A DNA stretch of 64,000 bases from Candidatus Marinacidobacterales bacterium (lineage in GTDB: Bacteria > Acidobacteriota > Vicinamibacteria > Marinacidobacterales > DATDRI01), in NCBI GenBank assembly GCA_965219415.1, contig CBDCNP010000002.1, positions 1,952,001 through 2,016,000 of the forward strand. The letters are read 5' to 3'. Within the stretch, counting starts at the first letter, position 1, and each line of letters opens with the position of its first letter. The notes below the pieces were generated by a model. That model searched no databases. It saw nothing but the letters and a program-made list of their open reading frames with translations, and had not been told where the DNA came from. Shown piece by piece: positions 33,516 to 45,467 of the stretch. Made by a program: the position numbers and the translations under genes.

Positions 33516-33991
33516 CGTACCCAGCCGGGAGGAATCCCCTTTCGCCGGGCTTCCGCCTGGAGGGCGGCAAGATCCGATCGTGCTTGTTGGAGCTGCCGCT
33601 CAAGGTTGGTCCGCTTCATCAAATTATCGGGATCCTGAGAGAACCCGGGGCGGTTGAGCTCGGTTTCGACGTCGGAGATCCGTTTTTGGATGCCGGCCTT
33701 GCGGTCACGCCAATACGCCTGTGTCGTGGTCGGATCCTCTTCTTCAGCTTCTGCTTCTTCCCCTTCGTCGTCTTGCCCAGCGTTCGTTCCCGCATCGTCG
33801 GCGGTCGGGGCAAACTGCACGCTGCGCCTCCGTCCCCCGATGCTGGAATCGTCATAGGTCTTGACGTCGGTCCTGGCGAGATCCTTCCTTCTTTCTTTCT
33901 CCTTCTTAGCAATCTCCGACAACGACTGGGCGGAGGCATCGGTAAATCCGGCGAACAACATCACAAGCCAAAACATGAAGAAGCGTTTCAC
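33512..33991 (-). CDS. Secreted coiled-coil hypothetical protein
   Basis: Signal peptide, AQSLSEIAKKEKERRK, YWRDR, EARRKGIPPGWVR. Confidence 0.8.
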   Translation of the reverse strand: MKRFFMFWLVMLFAGFTDASAQSLSEIAKKEKERRKDLARTDVKTYDDSSIGGRRRSVQFAPTADDAGTNAGQDDEGEEAEAEEEDPTTTQAYWRDRKAGIQKRISDVETELNRPGFSQDPDNLMKRTNLERQLQQARSDLAALQAEARRKGIPPGWVR

Positions 33992-34260
33992 TTGTTTTCC
34001 TCCTCTAATCTTCAGTGACAATCGCAAGTCGTGTCCCCGGTCAATACCGCTGTTACCTGAACGCCTTAACATAAACCACTCCTGCCTTATGAGAAAGCAG
34101 GAAGGGTCTCGATGGGCGCCCCATTTCAGCGCTTTCGAAAAGCAGATGTCACGGAGATGGTCGGGTTTCGAAGAGCCCATGACCGATGAAGCAGGGCTCT
34201 CGATACGAAGGATCGGGAGGAATCTACCCCCGCTCCGGTGAGCGAGGGCAGTTCCACCGA

Positions 34261-36878
34261 TTAGGAGCTCAGCACGGCTTCGATCGGAGCGGATTCGAAA
34301 GCGAGCGCCCCGTCGCGAAGGTCGATCCGGACGGTAGTCCCGGACTGGATCTCCCCCGCCAACAGTTTGCGGGCAATCACGCTCTCGAGCTCTCGCTGCA
34401 CGGCTCGACGCAGTGGACGAGCTCCGTAAACTGGATCCCACCCGACTTCCGCTAGGTAGAGTTTGGCGTCGTCGGAGAGCTCGACATCGACACGTCGGTC
34501 TTCCAATCGCTGCCGCAGCCGGTCGAGCTGGATGTCAACGATGGTGACCAACTGCTCCTTGCTCAAACCATGGAACACCACCATCTCGTCGACTCGATTG
34601 AGGAACTCGGGACGGAAATGATTCTTTAGCCGCTCCAGCACTCGCTTTTTCATCTTGCCGTAGTTCTCATCGTCCACCGAGCCTTGGAACTCGAGAATAT
34701 CCGAGCTACCGACGTTGGAGGTCATGATGAGCACCGAGTTCCGAAAATCCACGGTACGGCCGTGCGAGTCGGTGAGCCGTCCTTCGTCCAAAATCTGGAG
34801 AAGCAGATTGAAGACGTCGTAGTGAGCCTTCTCCACCTCGTCGAAGAGGATCACCGAAAAAGGCCTGCGACGCACCGCTTCTGTCAGTTGGCCTCCCTCT
34901 TCGTATCCGACGTAGCCGGGAGGCGCACCGATGAGGCGGGCGACATTATGCTTCTCCATGTACTCACTCATGTCGATTCGCACAAGCGCCTTCTCGTCAT
35001 TGAAGAGATACTCCGCCAGGGTGCGAGCCAACTCCGTCTTACCCACGCCCGTGGGGCCAAGGAAAATGAAGCTCCCGATGGGGCGTTCCGGGTCCTTGAT
35101 TCCCGCGCGAGCGCGAAGGACCGCATCCGCAACCGTGTGAACGGCCTCGTCCTGGCCGACCACACGCTCATGAAGATGCTCCTCCAGGTGGAGCAGTTTC
35201 TGGACTTCGCCTTCCATGAGTTTCGAGATCGGAATCCCTGTCCAACGAGAGACCACCTGGCCGATGTCCTCTTCGTCTACCTCTTCCTTGAGAAGCATGG
35301 TCTTTCTCTCGGTGAGCACCTGCTCAGCTTCCCGGAGGCTCGTGTCCAACTCGTTCAGGCGACCGTAGCGAAGCTCCGCAACCTTGTCGAGATCGTAGGC
35401 ACGCTCGGCTTTTTCAATCGCGACCTTGGTCTCCTCCATTTCCTTCCGGAGCTCTCGCACCTTGCCGATCGACTCTTTCTCCTCCTGCCACTGGATCGCG
35501 AGCGTGTCGGCATTAGAACGGATCTCCGCAAGCTCCTTCTCCAGAAGGGAGAGTCTTTGCTTGGAAGCCTTGTCTTTTTCCTTTCGAAGCGCCTGGCGTT
35601 CGATTTCGAGCTGCATCTGGCGACGCTTTAGCTCGTCGAGCTCAGTCGGCATACTGTCCATCTCGGTACGCAGCCGTGCCGCGGACTCATCGACCAAATC
35701 GATCGCCTTGTCGGGTAGGAACCGGTCCGAGATGTAGCGCCTGGACAAAGTCGCCGCCGCAACCAGAGCCGGATCTTTGATCCTGACTCCCGTGGTGAAC
35801 CTCGTAGCGCTCCTGAAGACCACGAAGGATAGAAATCGTGTCCTCTGCCGTGGGCTCGTCGACTCTCGCGGTCTGGAATCGACGCTCCAGCGCGGCGTCT
35901 TTCTCGATGTGCTTACGATTCTCGTCGAGCGTGGTTGCGCCGATGCAATGTAACTCTCCCCGCGCCAGCATCGGCTTCAGCAGGTTTCCGGCATCCATCG
36001 GCGCGCCCTTGGCACGGCCCGCGCCGACGACATTGTGCAGCTCGTCGATGAAGAGGATGATCCCGCGCTGGGAATCCTGTACCTCCTTCAGCACCGCCTT
36101 GAGCCGTTCTTCGAACTCTCCCCGGAACTTGGCGCCGGCAATGAGAGCACCCATGTCGAGGGCGATGACTTTCTTGTTCTTTAGCCCCTCGGGCACATCC
36201 CCACGCACGACGCGTTGGGCAAGCCCTTCCACGATGGCGGTCTTTCCCACTCCGGGCTCGCCAATCAAGACCGGGTTGTTCTTGGTCCGCCGGGAAAGAA
36301 TCTGGATGACCCGTCGGATCTCGTCGTCACGTCCGATGACAGGATCGACCTTGCCCTGGCTCGCGAACTGGGTCAGGTCACGTCCGTACTGCTCGAGCGC
36401 CTCGTAGGTCGACTCCGGGCTCTGGCTCGTCACTCGCTGACTACCTCGAATGCCCTGCAAAACCTCGAGAATGCCGTCCCTACTAGTGCCGTAATCCTTG
36501 AGGAGTCGCCCTGCCTCACCGCCTTCCTCGAAAATGGCGAGAAGGAAGTGCTCGACGCTGGCGTACTCGTCCTTCAGCTTTTCGGCCTGTTGCAGGGCCT
36601 TTTCCAGGACCTTATTGAGTCGGCCGGCGATGTAGAGCTCGACGCCCGAACCGTTCACCGATGGGACCTTGGCCAGATGACTCTCTAGCCGGTGCTCGAG
36701 CTCTGGAACGGGCACTTCTAGCCTTCCCAACACTTTGGGCACCAGCCCACCTTCCTGCCGGAGCAGGGCGAAAAGGAGGTGCTCCACGTCGATCTGCTGA
36801 TGGTTCCGCTCAGAGGCCAAGCGACTGAGCCGCCCCGATCGCCTCCTGAGACTTCTGTGTAAGTCGATTGAAGTCCAT
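34261..36878 (-). CDS. clpB: Chaperone ClpB (frameshifted)
   Basis: [13 protein letters not shown] start, GEPGVGKT, M-domain, [22 protein letters not shown]. Confidence 0.95.
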
Positions 36879-37017
36879 ATACATCCTCCTCGAGTGAAAG
36901 TCTCGGGCTTGAATCCTAGCGCGGAGTTCCGGCGTGGAATTGCCAAGCCACTGGAACCATTGTAATATATTATGCTATTAATATCAAGTGATATTATATA
37001 TATACACTCATTTTAAC

Positions 37018-37046
37018 TTGACATATTTGCCTCCATTCCCTATAAT
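37018..37046 (+). promoter_or_regulatory. Consensus sigma70 promoter of dnaK
   Basis: TTGACA-17-TATAAT in an AT-rich divergent intergenic region. Confidence 0.8.
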
Positions 37047-37189
37047 TACAACATGGAATTGGGGAGACGTTCAGATTAGCGCACCCAAATAGGGCCGCGC
37101 CATCACTGCGATGGCTAAGGGCCCGAAAGATTTTAGGTATTTAAAATCACTATCCCTAACAAATAGGGGCTGTTTGGAGGCAGACCAAT

Positions 37190-39106
37190 ATGACTAAAGT
37201 GATTGGAATCGACCTGGGAACCACCAACTCGGCCGTTTCCGTTATGGAGGGCGGTCAACCGAAGATCATCGTCAACTCCGAGGGGGGCCGGGTGACGCCG
37301 AGTGTCGTAGCCTTTACCAAGGACTCAGAGCGACTCGTCGGGCAGGTTGCCCGCCGCCAGGCTATCACCAACCCCGAGAACACCGTTTACTCCATCAAGC
37401 GATTCATGGGCCGCCGCCACGACGAGGTGTCGGAAGAAGCGGCGATGGTTCCTTACAAGATCGTCAAAGGGAAGAACGGCGATGTCCGAGTGGAAGTCCG
37501 GGGCAAGGAACACTCCCCACCCGAGGTTTCCGCCATGGTACTTCAGAAACTGAAGCAGGCAGCGGAAGACTACCTGGGTGACAAGGTAGTCGACGCAGTA
37601 ATTACCGTGCCGGCTTATTTCAACGACAGCCAGCGCCAAGCCACCAAAGACGCCGGAACCATCGCCGGCCTCAACGTCAAGCGTATCATCAACGAACCGA
37701 CCGCCGCCGCCTTGGCCTATGGTCTCGACAAGAAAAAAGACGAGACCATTGCCGTCTTTGACTTCGGCGGAGGAACCTTCGACATCTCCATACTGGAGGT
37801 TGGCGAGGGCGTGGTGGAGGTCAAGTCCACCAACGGTGACACCCATCTGGGCGGAGACAACATCGACCAGCGCGTCATCGACTGGATCATAGAGGAGTTT
37901 CGCCGCGAGCAAGGCATCGATCTGTCGAAGGACAAGATGGCTCTCCAGCGCCTCAAGGAGGCGGCCGAGAAGGCCAAGATCGAGCTCTCCACCGCGATGG
38001 AGACCGAAATCAGCCTCCCCTTCATTACCGCAGACAGCTCGGGACCGAAGCACTTGTCCCTGAAGCTGACGCGGGCGAAGTTCGAGCAGCTGGTGGAAGA
38101 TTTGCTCCAACGCAGCCTCGACCCCTGTAGGCAGGCATTGAAAGACGCCGGACTCGAGCCCGACCAGATTGACGAAGTCGTACTGGTCGGCGGAACGACC
38201 CGAACCCCTCGCGTACAGCAGATGGTGCAAGAGCTCTTCGAGAAGGAGCCCCACAAAGGTGTGAATCCGGACGAAGTCGTCGCGGTGGGCGCGGGCATCC
38301 AGGCGGGTGTGCTGAGCGGAGACGTCAAGGACGTACTCCTGCTCGACGTGACCCCCCTCTCGCTGGGGATCGAAACCTTGGGTGGCGTCTTCACGAAGCT
38401 CATCGAGCGCAACACCACGATTCCTGTGCGAAAGGGCGAAATCTTCTCGACCGCGCAGGACAACCAACCTAGCGTGGAGGTCCACGTTCTTCAAGGTGAG
38501 CGCGAGATGTCCAAGGACAACCGGTCACTAGGTCGTTTCAACCTAACCGGCATCCCCGCCGCACCGCGCGGCTTGCCGCAGATCGAGGTGGCTTTCGATA
38601 TCGATGCCAACGGGATCGTCAACGTATCGGCCAAGGACCAAGCGACCGGCGAGGAGCAGACCATCACGATCACGAGCTCCAGCGGGCTCGGTAAGGACGA
38701 AGTCGAAAAAATGGTCCGTGACGCCGAGGCCAACCGCGAGCAAGACCAAAAGGCTCGCGAGCGAACCGAAGCTCGGAACGGTCTGGATGCCTTAGTCTAT
38801 GCGACCGAGCGCAGCGTCAAAGACGCCGCCGATAAGAACATCAACCTGGAACCGGCGCTCATCTTCGACGTCGAAGGTGCCATTAACGAGGCGCGTCAAG
38901 CCGTGGAGGCGGACGACGCGGATCGGATGCAAAAGGCCGAGGAACAGCTGACCCGGATCAGCCGTAGGCTAACCGAGGCGCCTTATCAGAGCACCGCGAC
39001 GCCTAAGGACGACACCGGACAGAACGGTAAGGCGAGCGGTCCTCCCCCTGGTTCCAGCGGCGGTGAGGAAGACATCGTGGACGCCGAATACCAAGACGTC
39101 GTTTAA
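37190..39106 (+). CDS. dnaK: Chaperone DnaK
   Basis: [32 protein letters not shown]-terminus. Confidence 0.98.
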   Translation: MTKVIGIDLGTTNSAVSVMEGGQPKIIVNSEGGRVTPSVVAFTKDSERLVGQVARRQAITNPENTVYSIKRFMGRRHDEVSEEAAMVPYKIVKGKNGDVRVEVRGKEHSPPEVSAMVLQKLKQAAEDYLGDKVVDAVITVPAYFNDSQRQATKDAGTIAGLNVKRIINEPTAAALAYGLDKKKDETIAVFDFGGGTFDISILEVGEGVVEVKSTNGDTHLGGDNIDQRVIDWIIEEFRREQGIDLSKDKMALQRLKEAAEKAKIELSTAMETEISLPFITADSSGPKHLSLKLTRAKFEQLVEDLLQRSLDPCRQALKDAGLEPDQIDEVVLVGGTTRTPRVQQMVQELFEKEPHKGVNPDEVVAVGAGIQAGVLSGDVKDVLLLDVTPLSLGIETLGGVFTKLIERNTTIPVRKGEIFSTAQDNQPSVEVHVLQGEREMSKDNRSLGRFNLTGIPAAPRGLPQIEVAFDIDANGIVNVSAKDQATGEEQTITITSSSGLGKDEVEKMVRDAEANREQDQKARERTEARNGLDALVYATERSVKDAADKNINLEPALIFDVEGAINEARQAVEADDADRMQKAEEQLTRISRRLTEAPYQSTATPKDDTGQNGKASGPPPGSSGGEEDIVDAEYQDVV

Positions 39107-39130
39107 GAAGTTGCCCAATTGGCCGGAATA

Positions 39131-39171
39131 GAAAAAGGCGAGGCTGGCCAACCCCGGCCTCGCCTTTTTTC
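39131..39171. terminator. Bidirectional intrinsic terminator
   Basis: AAAAAGGCGAGGC...GCCTCGCCTTTTTT between convergent genes. Confidence 0.85.
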
Positions 39172-39173
39172 GC

Positions 39174-40337
39174 TCAGTTACCCAGCTTCGACATGGAGGC
39201 GGCGAGCCCCGCCTGCAGGTCCGTTTTGCAATCTTGCGCGGCAAGGGCGGTCGATAAGGCAGAAAGTAAGAAGAGGATCTTCTCCGCCGACGAAGAATAA
39301 CCCATCAGCCCCACGCGCCACACCTTACCTTTGAGCGTGCCGAGCCCGCCACCGATCTCGAGATTGAAGGTCGAAAGAAGATGCCCTCTCACCTTCCCGT
39401 CGTCCACCCCTTCCGGTATCCGAATGGCGTTCAACGACGGCAGGCGGTGCTCCGGAGCCACCAACATCTGAAGTCCCATCGCTTCGACGCCTGCCACCAA
39501 AGCTCTATGATTTTTCAGATGCCTGGCGATCCGTTTCGGGAGCGCTTCTTCTTCGATTAGAAGCAGCGCTTCCAGAAGGCCGTAGTTGAGGGTGCTGGAG
39601 CTAGTATGGTGGTAGCCCTTGCCGGTCCAATAGTTGTCCAGAAGCTCGGCATCCAGATACCAGCTTCGCACCGGGTGCTTGCGCTTCGCGAGCGACTCCA
39701 CGGCTCGAGCGCTGAGGGTAACCGGCGCGAGGCCGGGCGGACTGCCAATGCACTTCTGCGAGCAGCTATATGCCGCGTCGACGCCCCAATCGTCGACTTT
39801 CACCTCGACCCCTCCGAGCGAAGTCACGGTGTCAAGAAGAATCATTGCCCCGTGCGCCTTCGCCAGGCCGGCAATCTCGTCTATCGGCTGCAGGACACCG
39901 GTGGAGGTCTCGGCATGCACGAGAGTGATAACCTTGAAGGAGCCGGATTTCAAGGCATTCTCCACGCGCTCGGGGTCGGTGGGCCTCCCCCATTCGCTCT
40001 CGATGAGCGTGATATCTGCCTCTTGCCGTTCCGCCATCTGCCGAATGCGATCCCCGAAGTAGCCGTGCACGCACACGAGCGTCTTATCTCCTGGCTCCAG
40101 CAAATTGGCGACGCAAAACTCCATGCCCGACGTCCCGGTCCCCGGGGTGGCGTGGGTCAGCCGGTTTTCGGTATTGAAGACCATCCGCAGCTTGTCCCCG
40201 ATCGCATCGAGAACCTTGAAGTACGCTGGATCCAAGTGCCCGATGACGGGCGAGGACAATGCCCGGTAAACACGGGGATGAATATCCAGTGGTCCCGGCC
40301 CCATGAGGGTCCGTTGAGGGGCATCAGGTCGATTCAT
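39174..40337 (-). CDS. Alanine/serine-glyoxylate aminotransferase (class V)
   Basis: LMGPGP, GHLDP, HAETSTG, DTVTSLGG, SQK, YHHT. Confidence 0.92.
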   Translation of the reverse strand: MNRPDAPQRTLMGPGPLDIHPRVYRALSSPVIGHLDPAYFKVLDAIGDKLRMVFNTENRLTHATPGTGTSGMEFCVANLLEPGDKTLVCVHGYFGDRIRQMAERQEADITLIESEWGRPTDPERVENALKSGSFKVITLVHAETSTGVLQPIDEIAGLAKAHGAMILLDTVTSLGGVEVKVDDWGVDAAYSCSQKCIGSPPGLAPVTLSARAVESLAKRKHPVRSWYLDAELLDNYWTGKGYHHTSSSTLNYGLLEALLLIEEEALPKRIARHLKNHRALVAGVEAMGLQMLVAPEHRLPSLNAIRIPEGVDDGKVRGHLLSTFNLEIGGGLGTLKGKVWRVGLMGYSSSAEKILFLLSALSTALAAQDCKTDLQAGLAASMSKLGN

Positions 40338-40411
40338 ACACCGACTCCTTTCTAGACGATTGGGCGCCCAGTTAACGAGGTTGCCATAATTCAGCGTGGG
40401 CAGGGCGCCAG

Positions 40412-41599
40412 TCAAGACACCAGCCCGCGACGGCGGCCAACCGCCGCAAAGGCATCGATCGCCCGGTCGAGGTGCTCTCGCTCATGGGCGGCAGAAATCT
40501 GGACGCGGATCCGCGCTTTGCTCTTCGGAACGACCGGAAAGCTGAAACCGATCACGTAAATCCCGCGTTCCAGAAGCTCACTTGCCATGTCTTGGGCGAG
40601 CCGTGCGTCGCCCAGCATGATCGGCACGATGGGATGCGTGCCTTCCTTGATCTGGAACCCCTTCCCTGCCATCTCCTCCCGAAAATAACGGGTGTTGCGT
40701 TCGAGTTTCTCTCTCAGCTCGTCGCTCGAGCTCAACAGATCGATCGCCTTCACGCTGGCCGCGACGACCGCGGGCGCGAGCGTATTCGAGAAGAGAGGGG
40801 TCGGCTCCGTTGCCGCAAGAGAGCGATGATCTCCTTCCGACCGCTAGTGAACCCACCCGACGCCCCACCAAGTGCTTTACCCAAGGTGGAAGTAAAGATA
40901 TCCACCCGCTCGGCGACGCCGAAGAGCTCCGGTGTTCCTCGACCGGTCTTGCCGACGAAACCTGTCGCGTGAGAGTCGTCCACCAGCACCAACGCTTCGT
41001 AACGGTCGGCGAGCTCACAGATGGCGTCGAGGGGAGCGAAGGTTCCGTCCATACTGAAGACGCCGTCGGTGGCGATGAGCCGCATTCGGGCCGCTTCGGC
41101 TTCCCTTAACTTGTCTTCGAGATCCCCCCATGTCGGCGTTCTTGTAGCGAAATCGCTTCGCCTTGCAGAGGCGCACGCCGTCGATGATGCTCGCATGATT
41201 GAGCTCGTCGCTGAGCACGGCGTCTTCTTCCGACAGGAGGGTTCCGAAGAGGCCACCGTTGGCATCGTAACAGGAACTATAGAGCGTTGTATCATCGGTT
41301 CCCAGAAAGCCTGCGATCCGTTCCTCTAGCTCCTTGTGCTTGTCTTGAGTTCCGCAGATGAACCGCACCGAAGAGAGGCCGAAGCCTCGTTGCTCCAGCC
41401 CGGCGCGGGCCGCGGCAACGATCTCCGGATGACTCGAAAGCCCCAGGTAGTTGTTGGCGCAGAAGTTCAGGACCGCGTCGCCCGCTACTCGAATGGAGGC
41501 GCCTTGAGGGGAGGTGATCACGCGCTCCTCTTTGTTGAGGCTGGCCGCTTGGAGCTCCTCTAGCACTCCGTTGATGATCTCGCGCGCGTTTCCATACAT
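40412..41599 (-). CDS. kbl: Glycine C-acetyltransferase (two frameshifts)
   Basis: [46 protein letters not shown]. Confidence 0.93.
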
Positions 41600-41759
41600 G
41601 CAGTCTCCTTCTTGGCGCCCCACGTTCTGGCAACACCCCATTTTGGCGGCCGGCGCCTTGCCCATACTCGGTTGCTGCAATCCCCGCTAATTGGGCGCCC
41701 TCAAGCGGCACAGTTTCATGGCGCTCTATTCTATTCGGATGGAGAAGGAGAGGAAACGC

Positions 41760-42780
41760 TTAGAGGGGAGACGGATCCATAGGCGAATGTTCCGCCGCAC
41801 GTTGGTTCAAGCTACTGAGGAGGTCACCCAAGAGAAGAAGGAAGGGGTGAACCGGATCGTCCGTTTGCCCTCCTTCTTTCGCGTCTTTCAGCTGTGCGGT
41901 CGCCCGGTGGCGGTAGGTCTGCAGACGCTGAACGAAACTGCTGAAAAGGATGTGATCCGACTCGCGCATACCGGCTAAGGCGGGAAACTGCTCGGGGTGG
42001 AAGTCTCGGAGCAAAAACTGGATTCCCTCGAGCTGCTCGGGCTGCCGCCGCTCATCGTAATCTCGGACTCGAGAAATCAGCTCACCAAACCAGCTCAGGA
42101 AGTGATCCAGGTCGAGCTGGTTCTCGAGATCGCGCTTGAAGAACCTTTTGCGCGTCAGGGTTTCGTCGAAGAGGGTGAGTTGCTCGAACATCACGAAAGA
42201 AGAGCTTTCCTGCACCTCTTTCAACCGCAGCGCTAGGTCATCGACTACTGTGGTGATCCGGGCTTCCAAGAATTCCCTTCCCTCTTCGCCGACTGGGAGC
42301 TCTCCATCCAAGGGCACAAACTTCCGGACCCATCGATCTAATCCCATGCGGAGGAATCTGAGATCGCCGGCCAGATCTCGAACTCGCTGCCCGTAGAGGC
42401 CCCGCATTTGCTCCGCGCTTCCGGAAAAAGGACAACCGGCGAAGAAGGCTTCGGTTTGCTGGAGCCGTCTCCCTATGGCAAAGAGATATTGTCCCAAGAC
42501 CTCAACGTAAGAGTCGTAGACCCGCCGCGCCTTGGAAAGATCTTCGCCAGATCGGAACATCAGCGTTCTTCAACTCTCTGCGGATGCGCTCGATGGCGAT
42601 GAAGGCTTCGGAGGACAGGAGGGACGCTATCTGGAGCACTCCATCCAACAAATACTGGGCGACTTCCTGATCCCGGATCTCACTCAGGCGGTGATTGATC
42701 GTGTCGAAGGAGGTCTCGCGAAAGAGATAATCGAACGCCGCGTGCTCTCGTCCTTCGCTCAGCCGATCGAGCAGAGGTGG
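41760..42780 (-). CDS. Hypothetical helical protein (frameshift near 42560; start uncertain)
   Basis: 266-aa ORF plus a protein-like upstream frame ...FDYLFRETSFDTINHRL... Confidence 0.6.
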
Positions 42781-42904
42781 ACAGATGGGCCCCTTCCCAA
42801 AATGTCTCGTACGACCGGGTGGCTGATACCCGTACCGTCGTCATTTTGGAGAGAGAGACGTTCTCCCCGTTGCGCCCGAGGGTGCATGGTTCGATGAGCG
42901 AATT

Positions 42905-44277
42905 GAGCTACCCTCAGAAGGTGTGGAAATAAAGTAAAGGCGAAGTAACCTTCCGCGTCACGAAACACGGCCTGAAGGGGCCAACGGAAGGAGACACCGC
43001 CATGAAGGAAAAGACCACAAGACGACGGAGCTCGTCAAGGGTGGCTTGGGAGTCGCTGGAGAAGTGGGCGAGGCTCGAGATCCAGGATTGGGTGCAGGAG
43101 CTGATGGTAGCCGAAGTCACGGAGCTTCTCGGGCGTGAGAAATCGGAGAGACGGAAGCCCGTGGACACAACGGCGGGCTATCGAAATGGATACGGTAAGC
43201 CTCGGAAGCTGACGATGAGCGTGGGCACGGTGACGGTTCGCCGGCCGAGAGTAGGGGACGTGGAGGAGAGGTTCGAAAGTCGAGTGCTTCCGCTGTTCAA
43301 GCGTCGGAGCGAAACGGTGAGCGAGTTGATTCCGGAGCTGTACCTGCATGGACTAGCTCACGGAGATTTCGATCTGGCGCTCCGCGGGCTTCTAGGGGAG
43401 GACGCTCCACTTTCTCCCAGCACGGTGTCGCGGCTGAAACAGAAATGGCAGGGAGAGTACGAGCAGTGGCTAGCTCGCCCACTGGACGAACTCGAGCTCG
43501 TGTCCCTGTGGGTAGATGGCGTGTACGTGAAGGCCGGCCTTGAGAAGGACAAGGCGGCGGTGCTAGTTGCGGTTGGTGGCCTGTCCGACGGGACGAAAAT
43601 CGTCCTGACGCTGGAGGCCGGGCATCGAGAATCCGAAGCGTCATGGTCGTCGCTGCTACGGAGACTGAAGAAGCGCGGTCTGAGATGTCCCCGTTTGGTG
43701 ATCGGTGACGGTCATCTCGGCATCTGGGCCGCGACCCGAAACGTATTTCCAGAAGCTGAGGAGCAGCGGTGCTGGAACCACCGAATCCTCAACGTACTGG
43801 ACCGGATTCCGAAAAGGGACCAGGCGCAGGCCAAGCCGCTGTTGACGGCGACCCCCTACCCCACCAGCCTGCAGGAGTGCGAGACGAAGAAGGCCCAAGT
43901 TCCAGGATTGGTGCTTGCGCAAGGGTCTTCCGGGGGCCGCGCACGTGCTCGACGAGGACTGGGAGCGGATGGTCAGCTTCTATTCCTTTCCCAAGCCTCA
44001 CTGGCAACACCTTCGCACGAGCAACGTCGTGGAGTCACCGTTCGCTGCACTGAGATTGAGAACGGATGCGGCCAAAAGGTTCAAGAAAGTCGAGTCCGCC
44101 ACTGCGACAATCTTCAAACTGCTTCTGGTTGCGGAGAAGAATTTTCGCCGGCTCAACGCACCGGAGCTGATGCGAGAGGTTCACCTGGGCGTTCGATTTG
44201 AAGATGGAGACAGGGTAACGGAGTCGTCGAAGGTTGCTGCTGCCTGAACTTTTTTACACACCTATCGACAAGAGCTC
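42905..44277 (+). mobile_element. IS256-family insertion sequence
   Basis: Imperfect TIRs GAGCT...AGGTGTG.AAA.AAAGT; 8-bp target duplication AGCGAATT (42897-42904 and 44278-44285). Confidence 0.93.
43002..44247 (+). CDS. IS256-family transposase (frameshift near 43900)
   Basis: YRNGY, WVDGVY, IGDGHLG, QRCWNH, RTSNVVES. Confidence 0.92.
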
Positions 44278-44381
44278 AGCGAATTTCGGAGCTACGTATG
44301 GACCCTAGTCATCCACCAGCGTAAAAACCTGGCGCGCAATATAGCAGCGGCCCGGCCGGGTGTCAACGCCGGCGATCACCG

Positions 44382-44780
44382 TCAGTACCGTCCGGCCAGG
44401 TAATCCGCCAGGATTCGCCCGTGGTCAAAGGCCAGCTCCGTGGGAAGGTCGGCTCGTGGGAATGCCCGCGCCTCCGCGGCGTCATCGGCACCTTCGGGCT
44501 GCCCCGCGGCACGACCGATGAAAACGACCGAAACGGTGTGTCCTCGCGGATCCCGGGCCGGATCCGAGTAAACGTGGAATTGCCGCACCAGCTCCACGGA
44601 GAGTGATGTCTCCTCGAGTGCCTCTCGAATCGCGGCTTGCTCCACCGTTTCACCGGGGTCGACGAATCCTCCTGGCAGGGCCCAACCGGGGGGAGGGTTT
44701 TTCCTTCGAATGAGAACGAGGTCTTCGCGACCCAATTCGATAATCACGTCTACCGTGAGGCGAAGCTGATGAATCGTCAA
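44382..44780 (-). CDS. NUDIX hydrolase
   Basis: [37 protein letters not shown]. Confidence 0.93.
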   Translation of the reverse strand: MTIHQLRLTVDVIIELGREDLVLIRRKNPPPGWALPGGFVDPGETVEQAAIREALEETSLSVELVRQFHVYSDPARDPRGHTVSVVFIGRAAGQPEGADDAAEARAFPRADLPTELAFDHGRILADYLAGRY

Positions 44781-44908
44781 AAGGGTCTCCTAAAGGGGTC
44801 ACTCGGTATCTTTTACAAACAATGTACCAAAAAGTGAACTAGGTGTGGGCAAGGAGACGCTACCGCCCTTCAATACACTCCGCCACTGGCCGTTTGCGGC
44901 TCGATTCT

Positions 44909-44924
44909 TGGCACGGAAATTGCT
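44909..44924 (+). promoter_or_regulatory. sigma54 (-24/-12) promoter
   Basis: TGGCACGGAAATTGCT matches TGGCAC-N5-TTGC. Confidence 0.78.
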
Positions 44925-44951
44925 TCTATGTAACGTTGAGCGAGGTGGAAC

Positions 44952-45176
44952 ATGTTTCTACAGATCGTCAAACGAATCGACGAGCTCAAGCAACGGCTAT
45001 CCCACCTCCGTTGCCAGCGTAACGATGCCATGACCTTGATCGCCATAGAGGCAGTCGAGCAAGAGCTTGCTCGCACCGCGGCACGATTGCCTCGAGAATG
45101 GGATCTGGTCTCGAATCAATCGCAGGACACCGACGTCAACGAAGGTGCCCCAACCGGCTCACGATGGTGGCTCTGA
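44952..45176 (+). CDS. Small helical hypothetical protein
   Basis: GAGGTG RBS, upstream sigma54 promoter, amphipathic helices. Confidence 0.6.
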   Translation: MFLQIVKRIDELKQRLSHLRCQRNDAMTLIAIEAVEQELARTAARLPREWDLVSNQSQDTDVNEGAPTGSRWWL

Positions 45177-45465
45177 GTCGTCGAAAGTCCTGAAGATCAC
45201 CGCGCCCCAGCGCGGATAGGCTCTCATCGAGCTTCCCCACGAGCTCGGCCAACTCCCTTTGCTCGAACTCAGTACGGATCTCGAGAAGACGCGCTCGGAT
45301 TTTTTCGACGTCCCCGAGCTCAATGGTATTGAGCGTCGCGATCAAAGAATCCAAGCTCTGCAAAAAAGACTCCCCTTTCGTGGCCTTCTGCAAGGTTGTA
45401 ACATGCGTTAGGCGAGCGAATCTCGCTATTTTACCTTGCCCGTGCCCTGAACAAGCCCTTGCCAA
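45136..45465 (-). CDS. Small helical hypothetical protein (start uncertain)
   Basis: Protein-like ...SLDSLIATLNTIELGDVEKIR...IVSRLGHLR. Confidence 0.6.
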   Translation of the reverse strand: MARACSGHGQGKIARFARLTHVTTLQKATKGESFLQSLDSLIATLNTIELGDVEKIRARLLEIRTEFEQRELAELVGKLDESLSALGRGDLQDFRRLRATIVSRLGHLR

Positions 45466-45467
45466 TT

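Noticed and set aside
37325-38494. Long antisense ORFs over dnaK (and similarly over clpB, hem and RND genes)
   Set aside because: Shadow ORFs caused by GC-rich codon usage on the opposite strand
43890-43915. Programmed frameshift in the IS256 transposase
   Set aside because: IS256 transposases are single-ORF and there is no clear slippery site; likely an error or mutation
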